Of a stretch of DNA of 64,000 nt, positions 8,913 to 17,191 are shown piece by piece. The translations under genes were made by a program, and so were the position numbers. The stretch comes from Escherichia phage vB_EcoM-pEB20. The notes under the pieces were generated by a model. The model saw only the letters and a list, made by a program, of their open reading frames with translations. It had not been told where the DNA came from and ran no database searches. The stretch lies in sequence record OP114733; one strand, written 5' to 3'. How positions within the stretch are numbered: position 1 is the first letter of the stretch; each line of letters starts with the position of its first letter.

Positions 8913-8960
8913 GTTTACTTCTCCTCTAGTTGTGTTACTATAGACCTGTCAACTAGAGGA
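8913..8960 (+). promoter_or_regulatory. early promoter within 11-bp perfect inverted repeat (PeSL-like); right arm carries SD
   Basis: GTTTAC 8913-8918; arms TCCTCTAGTTG 8922-8932 and CAACTAGAGGA 8950-8960. Confidence 0.6.
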
Positions 8961-8969
8961 GAAATCAAA

Positions 8970-9428
8970 ATGACTATCAATTCAGACGTTTTTATCCGCC
9001 GTAATAAACTCCGTCGAATCTTTGAAACGGAGTTCCGCAAAATAAATGCCGGTATAAAAGATGCTGCAAAGTCTCTTGGACTACCAGGCTTTCATATCAA
9101 GTATTCTCAACATCTCTTAGATCGTGCCATCCAGAGAGAAATAGATGAGAATTACGTTTTTGAATTATTTCATAAAGTAAAAAATCACGTTAAAGAAGTT
9201 GCAGAATTTTTGTCAATGCCGGCACGTCCAGATGTTGATGAAGATTTTGTCGAAGGTGTCGAGTATCGTCCAGGCCGTTTAGAAATAACTGACGGAAATC
9301 TTTGGTTAGGACTTACAGTTTGTCGCGAAAATCCGGCATTCAAAATGAAGACTCTTCAATGCAGAATGGCTATTATTAACAGTAAACGACTACCAGGAAA
9401 AGCTTCTAAAGCAGTGATTAAAATCTAG
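8970..9428 (+). CDS. regB: RegB endoribonuclease (cleaves GGAG in early mRNAs)
   Basis: MTINSDVFIRRNKLRR..YSQHLLDRAIQREIDE..RLPGKASKAVIK resembles T4 RegB as recalled; 152 aa; synteny. Confidence 0.7.
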   Translation: MTINSDVFIRRNKLRRIFETEFRKINAGIKDAAKSLGLPGFHIKYSQHLLDRAIQREIDENYVFELFHKVKNHVKEVAEFLSMPARPDVDEDFVEGVEYRPGRLEITDGNLWLGLTVCRENPAFKMKTLQCRMAIINSKRLPGKASKAVIKI

Positions 9429-9436
9429 AGGTAAAC

Positions 9437-9979
9437 ATGAGAAAAGCACTACTCGCTGGTCTATTTGCTCTTTCATTATCAGCACATAGCTCCGAGCATA
9501 CTTTTAGTAATGTCCAACTCGATAACTTGAATTATGCTTATCAGTTTGGGGAACAGTTTTCTAAGGACGGAAAATTTAAAACGCATGAAAATATGCATAA
9601 GAAAGGACTTGGATACATAATGGCCGCAATACTATGGCAGGAATCATCCGCCGGTATTAATCTTAAAGATAAGAAAGGTCACCATGCGTATGGAATGTTC
9701 CAAAATTATCTACCAACAATGAGGGCAAGAATTAACCAGCTTGGTTATAATATGACTGATGCCCAAATTAAGAAAATGCTATCTAAGCGGTCTAATTCAG
9801 CCAGATGGGCTTATATCGAATTTTCTTATTGGTTAAATATACATAACGGGGATATAAGAAAAGCTATATCCTCATATAATGCGGGATGGAAGACAAGTGC
9901 TGGAAGTAAATATGCTTCTGAAGTCCTAGAAAAGGCTAATTACCTTAAATCAAATAAACTACTGGAAATAAAAGAATGA
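9437..9979 (+). CDS. secreted lytic-transglycosylase-like protein (SLT motif ES...AYGMFQ) with signal peptide
   Basis: N-terminal signal peptide MRKALLAGLFALSLSAHS; QESSAG..AYGMFQ matches SLT catalytic pattern. Confidence 0.6.
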   Translation: MRKALLAGLFALSLSAHSSEHTFSNVQLDNLNYAYQFGEQFSKDGKFKTHENMHKKGLGYIMAAILWQESSAGINLKDKKGHHAYGMFQNYLPTMRARINQLGYNMTDAQIKKMLSKRSNSARWAYIEFSYWLNIHNGDIRKAISSYNAGWKTSAGSKYASEVLEKANYLKSNKLLEIKE

Positions 9980-10323
9980 CCAAAATGTTGGCTTTAATAG
10001 TTGGCTTGGTTTCATTTAACGCTCTTGCTAATACTACATATACTGATGTAACGGAGTATACAAACAGAACGGCGTCTGATTATTGCGGTAAAAGTCAAGA
10101 GTGTAAAGTAGATTTTTCACAAAAATTGTTATATGCGTATAAAGACGGAGAAAAAGATGGGGCGTCTAGTAGGTTCAAGGCGTCTACCTTAATTAAAAGA
10201 TACTATAAAAAATGGCAAATATTAGAATGCTCGGTGGCGGAACCTAAAGATAAGGCAGCATGCAATTCTATGGTGGACCGTCTAGTTGACTCTTATAATA
10301 GAGGACTTGCAGCAAGTGATTAA
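9976..10323 (+). CDS. small secreted protein (signal peptide, 4 Cys)
   Basis: MTKMLALIVGLVSFNALA signal peptide; 115 aa. Confidence 0.55.
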   Translation: MTKMLALIVGLVSFNALANTTYTDVTEYTNRTASDYCGKSQECKVDFSQKLLYAYKDGEKDGASSRFKASTLIKRYYKKWQILECSVAEPKDKAACNSMVDRLVDSYNRGLAASD

Positions 10324-10783
10324 AAACTATATCAAGGGCGATATTGTCGCCCTGTTTTCTAAAGGTAATAATATTGCTCACGGGTGTAATTGTTTTCATA
10401 CAATGGGCGCCGGTGTAGCAGGCCAATTAGCAAAGGCTTATCCAAAAATTTTAGAAGCCGATAAACTTCAAACCGAATTCGGAGACGAGTCTAAACTCGG
10501 GACTTATTCGGTTTATGAAAAATATTTTAAGACCCATAAAGCTTATTGCTTTAATCTTTATACACAGTTTGAGCCGGGACCTAATTTTGAGTACTCTGCT
10601 TTAATGAATTGTATAATAGAATTAAATGAATTCGGAAAGAATAAGATAACAAAGCCTGTAATTTATATGCCAAGAATTGGTGCAGGTATTGGTGGTGGAA
10701 ACTGGGATGTCATCGAAGAGATTTTAGATACGTATTCCACTAAACTAGAAATTGTGATTGTTGATTGGGAACCGTTATTATGA
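10286..10783 (+). CDS. macro-domain protein (ADP-ribose binding/processing, Macro_2-like)
   Basis: AHGCNCFHTMGAGVAGQLAKAYP and PRIGAGIGGGNW motifs; start is non-ATG (TTG 10286 or GTG 10316). Confidence 0.65.
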   Translation: MTLIIEDLQQVIKNYIKGDIVALFSKGNNIAHGCNCFHTMGAGVAGQLAKAYPKILEADKLQTEFGDESKLGTYSVYEKYFKTHKAYCFNLYTQFEPGPNFEYSALMNCIIELNEFGKNKITKPVIYMPRIGAGIGGGNWDVIEEILDTYSTKLEIVIVDWEPLL

Positions 10784-10992
10784 ATATACATTATCCACAT
10801 CCATATGATCCAAAGAATAAGGCAGTAATTATTCGTCAATGGGAACGCATTTGTCGTACTAAATGTCCAATTAATAGTCCACATGATGTAGATAAAGACT
10901 ACATCGGAACATTCGTTGAATATACCTTTATTGATAAGAAAGGCCGTAAACAACATGTAGAAGAATATTGCTTAAAGGTGACATGGCTATGA
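10780..10992 (+). CDS. hypothetical protein
   Basis: M6 of ORF 10765; ATGA overlap. Confidence 0.45.
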   Translation: MNIHYPHPYDPKNKAVIIRQWERICRTKCPINSPHDVDKDYIGTFVEYTFIDKKGRKQHVEEYCLKVTWL

Positions 10993-11195
10993 GTCAAACA
11001 AAAATTCTTACAGGTGCTAAATGCGAAAAATGCGAATGGCCTGTAGTTTTTGCTTTATGCAATGACGAAATGGCTTGTGATTTTGATTATTGGTGTTACT
11101 GTTCGAACAAAGGTTGTAGCAATCATAAAGGTGAAGGGTTTTACTCAGGATTTTACCCTTACCCAGATTTCGTTAAAGAAGGTGAACCTAAATGA
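10989..11195 (+). CDS. Cys-rich small protein (putative zinc binding)
   Basis: CEKCEW..CNDEMACDFDYWCYCSNKGC; ATGA overlap. Confidence 0.5.
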   Translation: MSQTKILTGAKCEKCEWPVVFALCNDEMACDFDYWCYCSNKGCSNHKGEGFYSGFYPYPDFVKEGEPK

Positions 11196-11374
11196 AATTG
11201 ACTAAAGAAGAGAAAGCTAAACTGTTCGAACTTATCCATGACCTATTGGATGAGCAAGCAGCCACCAATGCGTACGATGAATATGCTCCTTTAACAGATG
11301 AAGAATATAATGCATTGATGGAATCATTTGACAGGAAAGAACAAGAACTCATTGACTACGTGAATTCACTATAA
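11192..11374 (+). CDS. hypothetical acidic protein
   Basis: ORF track. Confidence 0.5.
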   Translation: MKLTKEEKAKLFELIHDLLDEQAATNAYDEYAPLTDEEYNALMESFDRKEQELIDYVNSL

Positions 11375-11383
11375 AGGACTCTT

Positions 11384-11965
11384 ATGGCTAGTTTAATTTT
11401 TACCTATGCCGCTATGAACGCTGGTAAGTCTGCTTCATTACTTACTGCCGCACATAACTATAAAGAACGTGGCATGGGTGTATTAGTTCTTAAACCGGCT
11501 ATTGATACTCGCGATTCAAAAGGTGAAATAGTCTCTCGTATTGGTATTCGTCAGGATGCCAATATAATTACAAAAGACATGGATATCTTTGAATTCTATA
11601 AATGGGCTGCAGCACAAAAGGATATTCACTGTGTATTTGTTGACGAAGCTCAGTTCTTAACTACTGAAAAGGTGTATCAACTTAGTCGTATTGTTGACGT
11701 ATACAATGTGCCGGTAATGGCATATGGACTACGAACAGATTTTAAAGGTAATCTATTTGAAGGTTCTCAAGCATTAATGGCTATTGCCGATAAGCTTGTT
11801 GAACTTAAAGGTGTCTGTCATTGTGGTAAAAAGGCCACAATGGTAGCTAGAGTCACGGAAGACGGACTTCCAATTACAGATGGCAGTCAAATTGAAATTG
11901 GTGATACAGATAGATACGTGTCATTATGCCGGAAGCATTGGAACGATTTGACAGGGTTGTTATAA
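11384..11965 (+). CDS. tk: thymidine kinase
   Basis: MASLIFTYAAMNAGKSASLL P-loop; 193 aa as T4 Tk. Confidence 0.9.
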   Translation: MASLIFTYAAMNAGKSASLLTAAHNYKERGMGVLVLKPAIDTRDSKGEIVSRIGIRQDANIITKDMDIFEFYKWAAAQKDIHCVFVDEAQFLTTEKVYQLSRIVDVYNVPVMAYGLRTDFKGNLFEGSQALMAIADKLVELKGVCHCGKKATMVARVTEDGLPITDGSQIEIGDTDRYVSLCRKHWNDLTGLL

Positions 11966-11992
11966 ATACTAATATCTAACCAAGAGGTATAT

Positions 11993-12205
11993 ATGCAGCA
12001 ATTAAACGAAAGACAACTTCGTAATCTTACTGTAACCCAATTGGATGAAATCCGAAGAGAATTAGGACATTCTATTTCTCATTTAAACGAGGATATCCGT
12101 CAAACTGGTTCTAAAGCTGATTATACACGCAAGCGCAAGCTGGAAAAATACCTCACAGATGTTAAGGCCGTCCAAAGGCGAAAAATAAATACTGGCCAAA
12201 ATTAA
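11993..12205 (+). CDS. hypothetical basic protein
   Basis: ORF track. Confidence 0.5.
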   Translation: MQQLNERQLRNLTVTQLDEIRRELGHSISHLNEDIRQTGSKADYTRKRKLEKYLTDVKAVQRRKINTGQN

Positions 12206-12217
12206 CAGGAGGCCTAT

Positions 12218-12520
12218 ATGGCCTTAAGAGCGATAGCTGTCATGGCGATGCTGGGGTTTTTTGCAGCAACAACTCCTATCGTTGGTACTGCATATATCGA
12301 CCCATATTTTGATAACTTTATGGAATCAGGGATTAAAAACGTATATACTTTGTTTGAAATTCAAAATGTCGAGAATTCTGAAAAATTCTATAAGTATATG
12401 GCAAAGCATTACAAAAATAGCCCCTGTGATGATGCATTTGAATGTCATGAACAAGGCATAAAAACTGCCAGACAATTTGCTGAGTTCATGAAAATAAAAT
12501 TAGAGCCTACATCTATCTAA
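12218..12520 (+). CDS. rI: lysis-inhibition protein RI (antiholin)
   Basis: MALRAIAVMAMLGFF..DPYFDNFMESGIKNVY resembles T4 RI as recalled; signal-anchor; adjacent to tk. Confidence 0.75.
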   Translation: MALRAIAVMAMLGFFAATTPIVGTAYIDPYFDNFMESGIKNVYTLFEIQNVENSEKFYKYMAKHYKNSPCDDAFECHEQGIKTARQFAEFMKIKLEPTSI

Positions 12521-12526
12521 TTTACT

Positions 12527-12555
12527 AGCCCCTTCCTTATGGTTGGGGCTTTTTG
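12527..12555 (+). terminator. rho-independent terminator after rI
   Basis: AGCCCCTTCC/GGTTGGGGCT stem followed by TTTTT. Confidence 0.6.
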
Positions 12556-12565
12556 GCATCTATCA

Positions 12566-12616
12566 GTTTACTTCTCCTCAGGTTGTGTTATAGTAGTCCT
12601 TACTTACTAGAGGAGA
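12566..12616 (+). promoter_or_regulatory. early promoter in inverted repeat (PeSL-like)
   Basis: GTTTAC 12566-12571; arms TCTCCTC/GAGGAGA. Confidence 0.5.
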
Positions 12617-12621
12617 ACGTT

Positions 12622-12801
12622 ATGACACGTAAAGAAAAGATTTCTAAGTTAATGTTTTTGATTGAAGAGTACGCTAATGCGGTATCTGATTGGGAAAATG
12701 CCCATGGTTGCGAAGATGGAGACATCGACATTAACAGAGCTATGAAAAAGATGGCCGAAGCCCACACCGAATTGCAAATGTATGTTAACGAGATTATGTG
12801 A
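12622..12801 (+). CDS. hypothetical protein
   Basis: M24 of ORF 12553 (upstream part of ORF lies in promoter). Confidence 0.5.
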   Translation: MTRKEKISKLMFLIEEYANAVSDWENAHGCEDGDIDINRAMKKMAEAHTELQMYVNEIM

Positions 12802-12808
12802 GGATATT

Positions 12809-13015
12809 ATGCTTTACGATTATACTGGAAAATCTGAAGACGGTGTACTTGAACTTTTACCTGAAAGCGCTGAAGATGATGATATGGTGGTGATGTTTTG
12901 TAAAAATGGTCCTGGGGATAAGGGATGGATTTATCTTCGCCAAGAAAATGACCTAATTGTTTTGGACCCTAAACAAGTTGAAGAACTTTATCAACATTTA
13001 AAACATAATCGGTAG
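12809..13015 (+). CDS. hypothetical acidic protein
   Basis: M10 of ORF 12782. Confidence 0.5.
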   Translation: MLYDYTGKSEDGVLELLPESAEDDDMVVMFCKNGPGDKGWIYLRQENDLIVLDPKQVEELYQHLKHNR

Positions 13016-13052
13016 TTTACATGCTAATAGGACTATGATATAGTAGTCCTAT
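13015..13052 (+). promoter_or_regulatory. early promoter in inverted repeat (PeSL-like)
   Basis: GTTTAC 13015-13020; AGGACTA/TAGTCCT arms. Confidence 0.5.
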
Positions 13053-13072
13053 CAAATCAATTGGAGAACAAA

Positions 13073-13183
13073 ATGAAACTTTTGCTTATCGCTTATGTTG
13101 TAGTACAATACAATTATCCGATGTTTACTTATAACATGGTAAACGGCATAGTGAATCTTATTGAAACGAGTATGGTAAAATGA
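13073..13183 (+). CDS. possible 36-aa hydrophobic peptide (below ORF-track cutoff)
   Basis: ATG after GGAGAAC RBS of cassette; MKLLLIAYVVVQYNYPMF... Confidence 0.3.
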   Translation: MKLLLIAYVVVQYNYPMFTYNMVNGIVNLIETSMVK

Positions 13184-13295
13184 CCCGTGAACAAGCTAAT
13201 AAATTGATGGACCTTATTTAATTTTTATAGAAATCAGGTTGATGCTCGTCAGAATGATTTGGTGAATTTTGTTGAAACTTTAATTGGTGAATAAT

Positions 13296-13826
13296 ATGAA
13301 AACTGTAATTGAAACGACTGAGTTGTTTGGTGATTTATGTATCGAAAAACGTGGTTATGCGTACGTTCTGACGCAAGAAGATGATGTTGTTACTATTCTT
13401 CCTATGGAACTAGACAAGATTTTGAAACTCAATCCACCCGGCCATGCATCTGTAATTAACATTGATGAAGACCTTCAAGTTCGTTTTTATCACAGTCTTT
13501 ATAGTGGGGTTAATATCGAAACAGAAGATGAATGCCTTTCTATCAATAATTGGAAAACATTCGTCACTAAGGTGAAAGAATTCATAGAATCTGAAACAGC
13601 CAAAAAGGCCAAACTTCAATGGGCTAAATGCCGTAATGCTTTTATTACAAATCAGGACCGCCCTGACTATACAACAGTCCTAGGCGTTAATCCTTCTTAT
13701 GAAGACGGTGATGTCGTAGTTATTCGCCAAATTGATGACCTTCGTCAGCATATCATTACATTAGACAAAGATGAAGCAGTTGCTCTTAAAGCTTATCTCG
13801 ATTCTATTATCCCGACTTTGAAATAA
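13296..13826 (+). CDS. hypothetical protein
   Basis: M5 of ORF 13284. Confidence 0.55.
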   Translation: MKTVIETTELFGDLCIEKRGYAYVLTQEDDVVTILPMELDKILKLNPPGHASVINIDEDLQVRFYHSLYSGVNIETEDECLSINNWKTFVTKVKEFIESETAKKAKLQWAKCRNAFITNQDRPDYTTVLGVNPSYEDGDVVVIRQIDDLRQHIITLDKDEAVALKAYLDSIIPTLK

Positions 13827-13835
13827 GGAATTATT

Positions 13836-14309
13836 ATGATTATCAATGAAAACTCTTGGCATTTTAAAATTTATGCCGCGTTCAATAGTACATGGAATCG
13901 CCCGAAAACGTTGTGTGCTTATTTTTGGAAAACGTTAATCCCAGTATTGGCTGTTTCAATTATTGGATTTGCGATTTTAGCAGCAGTCACAATCATTGGC
14001 CATGAAATTTTAACTAAATTCTTTGTTTTTAGCAGTCTATGGACATTAGTTCCAGCCTCAATTGGTGTAGGCATTTTATTGGTAGCAGTCATGGCTTTTA
14101 TTTCTACCGGGTTGGTAATTGGTCCGTCTTGGTTGTTAGACAAATATAACGACAGAAAATATTATAAAGAAATTGAGCTCATTGCACAAAACCAAGAACG
14201 AATTAAAAATGGACTTGAGCCTATTGAACGTAAGAAATCATTAATAGGCGAATACCTTAAAGCTCGTAAAGAAAAAGTCTGTCCTACTCTTGAATATAAG
14301 GCTAAATGA
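13836..14309 (+). CDS. membrane protein (3-4 TM helices)
   Basis: ORF track; long hydrophobic segments. Confidence 0.55.
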   Translation: MIINENSWHFKIYAAFNSTWNRPKTLCAYFWKTLIPVLAVSIIGFAILAAVTIIGHEILTKFFVFSSLWTLVPASIGVGILLVAVMAFISTGLVIGPSWLLDKYNDRKYYKEIELIAQNQERIKNGLEPIERKKSLIGEYLKARKEKVCPTLEYKAK

Positions 14310-15295
14310 TGAAAACAATTATGAAAGGCTACTTTGGTAGCCACCTTTATGGAACGTCTACCCCAGAATCTGACGTTGATTTTAAAGAAATTTATGTCCC
14401 TCATGCTCGTGATATCTTGACCGGTAACGTTAAAGAACATATGAGCAAGAACACGAATAACACATCTTCTAAGAACACAAAAGACGACGTGGACCATGAG
14501 TTATATAGTCTCAAATATTTCTTTAAACTAGCTGCGGATGGTGAAACTGTCGCATTAGATATGCTTCACACTCCACCAAGTCTAGTAGTTAAATCTGATT
14601 TGCCTGATGTATGGAAGTATATTCAAGATAACAGGTCTCGTTTCTATACCACTAACATGAAATCTTATTTAGGGTATGTCCGTAAGCAAGCTTCTAAATA
14701 TGGTGTCAAGGGTTCTCGACTGGCTGTTCTTCGTCAAGCCCTTAAACGTTCTAATGAATGGGGACAATACTTTGATAACGGTGCAGTAATTCGTTTATCA
14801 CATATGAAGAATGTTCTGCCTGTAGGTGAATTTGCTTCATGGGTTGAAATCGAAAACGAGAAAACAGGTAAGCAAACATTCTATAATCTGTTAGACCGTA
14901 AATTCCAAGACACGTTAACCAATAAAGAGTTCAATGCCATCCTGGTTAAACTGGAAGAGAACTATGGTGAACGTGCTCGTAAGGCAGAAGCTAACGAAGG
15001 TATTGACTGGAAAGCATTGAGTCATGCATGTCGTGGTGGACTTCAATTATTGGAAATTTACAAAACCGGCGACCTGGTTTACCCACTTCAGGATGCTCCA
15101 TTTATTCTCGATGTTAAGCTTGGTAAACATACGTTTAAAACTGTACAAGAATTCCTAGAAGATATCGTTGACCAAGTTGAACATGCGTCAGAACAAGCTG
15201 CCAAGAATGGTATGCAACAAAAAGTAGATATGAGTTTCTGGGATGATTTCCTTGAGCAGGTCTATCTCGAAAATCATAATTCTTACTATAAATAA
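14306..15295 (+). CDS. nucleotidyltransferase-fold protein (YFGSHLYGTSTPESDVDF)
   Basis: Classic GS...DxD minimal NTase motif near N-terminus. Confidence 0.6.
   Translation: MMKTIMKGYFGSHLYGTSTPESDVDFKEIYVPHARDILTGNVKEHMSKNTNNTSSKNTKDDVDHELYSLKYFFKLAADGETVALDMLHTPPSLVVKSDLPDVWKYIQDNRSRFYTTNMKSYLGYVRKQASKYGVKGSRLAVLRQALKRSNEWGQYFDNGAVIRLSHMKNVLPVGEFASWVEIENEKTGKQTFYNLLDRKFQDTLTNKEFNAILVKLEENYGERARKAEANEGIDWKALSHACRGGLQLLEIYKTGDLVYPLQDAPFILDVKLGKHTFKTVQEFLEDIVDQVEHASEQAAKNGMQQKVDMSFWDDFLEQVYLENHNSYYK
15287..15294 (+). promoter_or_regulatory. candidate late promoter TATAAATA
   Basis: Exact TATAAATA 33 nt upstream of ATG 15327. Confidence 0.4.
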
Positions 15296-15326
15296 ATAGA
15301 TAAATAACCATTAACTTGAGGTAAAT

Positions 15327-15608
15327 ATGAAAAAATTAGTAATTGGTTTATTCGCAGTAATGATGGCATTCTCTGTTGGTGCTACCACGGGTTCAGCCAG
15401 CGGTAGTGCAGGAACTGGTGGTAACCAGTCTTCTGGGCCTTCCAACGGTTCGGTAAATGCATCACATTCTCAGGGTATTGAGAATATCAAATCAAGCTAT
15501 ATTAATAGCACGGCCGGACAAGCAACTGAAGCATGGTCAAAGGGTCGAGTAGTTACACGCTCCGTATTCTGTGATATGCCTAATTATGTTGCTAAGTGCG
15601 ATAAGTAA
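15327..15608 (+). CDS. secreted Gly/Ser-rich small protein with signal peptide
   Basis: MKKLVIGLFAVMMAFSVGA signal peptide; GSASGSAGTGG low complexity. Confidence 0.55.
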   Translation: MKKLVIGLFAVMMAFSVGATTGSASGSAGTGGNQSSGPSNGSVNASHSQGIENIKSSYINSTAGQATEAWSKGRVVTRSVFCDMPNYVAKCDK

Positions 15609-15612
15609 ATGT

Positions 15613-15633
15613 GGGGACCTTCGGGTCCCTTTA
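15613..15633 (+). terminator. stem-loop terminator with UUCG tetraloop
   Basis: GGGACC-TTCG-GGTCCC then T-rich. Confidence 0.5.
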
Positions 15634-15726
15634 GGGGGTTAAAATATTTTTAAAAAGTGGTGTACATGCTTTTAGGATATGTTATTATAGACCTATCGAA
15701 ACGAAATGAGTAAATTGGAGAATAAA

Positions 15727-16707
15727 ATGTTCAACGTTCAAATCAAAAAAGGTATCTATCGTAATAACGAAATCTCTGGTTCTTATGTTGCCACAAAGAC
15801 CTGGTTCCCGGCAAAGCTTAATCCTGAATGTTCCCACTTAGGTGATGGTAAAATTTTCGTTATGATTGATGGTTCTGAACGTGGAGTATGGGTCTTCAAA
15901 TCAGACATCGTAATGGAAGGAGTTGAGACGTCACCGGTTGCAGTTGTTGAAAGCACTGAAGATATGAAAACTCGTATCAACAAACGCTTTAAAGTAATGA
16001 ACATGATGACGAATGGTATTATCGATGGCAAAATTCGTTCACTCATTATTTCAGGTGCAGCCGGTATCGGTAAGACGTATTCTCTGGATAAAGCACTTAA
16101 TAGTGCTAATGATAACGGTTTCATCAAATACAAAAGCATTAATGGTAAAATCTCTGGTATTGGCCTTTACGAACAACTTTGGCTCAACCGTGATGCAGAC
16201 AGCGTTCTCTTAATCGACGACGTTGATGTATTCTCAGATATGGATATCTTGAACCTTCTTAAAGCAGCATTAGATACCGGTGATAAACGCAAAGTTTGTT
16301 GGAGCACTGCGTCATCTTATCTTGATGATAAGGGTATTGATAAAGAATTTGAGTTTGAAGGTACTATCGTTTTCATTACAAACGTTGATATTGATAAAGA
16401 GTTAGAACGCGGTTCGAAACTTGCTCCGCACCTTCAAGCTTTAGTATCTCGTTCAGTGTATCTCGACCTTGGAGTACACTCTAATGAAGAGATTATGGTT
16501 CGAGTTGAAGATGTAATATTATCTACTGACATGATGCAGAAACGTGGCTTGACTGATGCTGAAACGTACAAAGCATTGTCCTGGATGAAGGCTAACGTAT
16601 CTCGTCTTCGCAATGTATCATTACGTACGGCTCTTTATGTAGCAGATTTTATTTCAACTGATAAAGATGGTTGGGAGGAAATCTCTGAAGTAACTTTACT
16701 GAAATAA
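15727..16707 (+). CDS. AAA+/P-loop ATPase (Walker A GAAGIGKT, Walker B LLIDDVD)
   Basis: M8 of ORF 15706 after GGAGAAT RBS; Walker motifs. Confidence 0.6.
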   Translation: MFNVQIKKGIYRNNEISGSYVATKTWFPAKLNPECSHLGDGKIFVMIDGSERGVWVFKSDIVMEGVETSPVAVVESTEDMKTRINKRFKVMNMMTNGIIDGKIRSLIISGAAGIGKTYSLDKALNSANDNGFIKYKSINGKISGIGLYEQLWLNRDADSVLLIDDVDVFSDMDILNLLKAALDTGDKRKVCWSTASSYLDDKGIDKEFEFEGTIVFITNVDIDKELERGSKLAPHLQALVSRSVYLDLGVHSNEEIMVRVEDVILSTDMMQKRGLTDAETYKALSWMKANVSRLRNVSLRTALYVADFISTDKDGWEEISEVTLLK

Positions 16708-16845
16708 GCTTATAGGAAGTTCTGAGGTAACAAAAGCCATAAAGATGAATAATCATATGGCTTACCTCAAAGAAGGACACCAGGAACCTACTGAGGGCAT
16801 AGAAATATTTAAAAATAATGATGTACAAATCAAAGAGGATATGTT

Positions 16846-17133
16846 ATGGATTTTATGCAAAAAATTAAAGCCGCAGTCGAACTGTATGCTCATCGTATGG
16901 TTAGTTCTACAATGCAATATAGCGAGGAGGTTCGCCAGGACTCTTCCTTGAAAGGAAAAACTAAAGCCTTAATTACCTTAGATCGTTTGCAAAAGAATGC
17001 CATAGAGATGCTCCAGTACGACAAGGGTGTATATAAGAAAGAACAGGAAGAGAAACTTAAATCTGAAAAATTACAAAAAATCCCGAAGTCTGTTTGGTTC
17101 AGTGGAAAAAATACCGAAAAAAGTTTCTTTTAG
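16846..17133 (+). CDS. hypothetical protein
   Basis: ORF track; AAAGAGGA RBS 6 nt upstream. Confidence 0.5.
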   Translation: MDFMQKIKAAVELYAHRMVSSTMQYSEEVRQDSSLKGKTKALITLDRLQKNAIEMLQYDKGVYKKEQEEKLKSEKLQKIPKSVWFSGKNTEKSFF

Positions 17134-17135
17134 TT

Positions 17136-17170
17136 GTTTACAAGGTCTATGGTTATGTTATTATAGACCT
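17136..17170 (+). promoter_or_regulatory. early promoter in inverted repeat (PeSL-like)
   Basis: GTTTAC 17136-17141; AGGTCTAT/ATAGACCT arms. Confidence 0.5.
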
Positions 17171-17191
17171 ATCAACTACTGGAGGTAAAAC

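Noticed and set aside
12553-12621. N-terminal 23 codons of ORF 12553..12801
   Set aside because: They span the promoter cassette. The in-frame ATG at 12622 follows the GAGGAGA RBS.
16745-16951. ORF 16745..16951 as a separate gene
   Set aside because: It overlaps ORF 16846..17133, whose start has a proper AAAGAGGA RBS. The 16745 frame has none.
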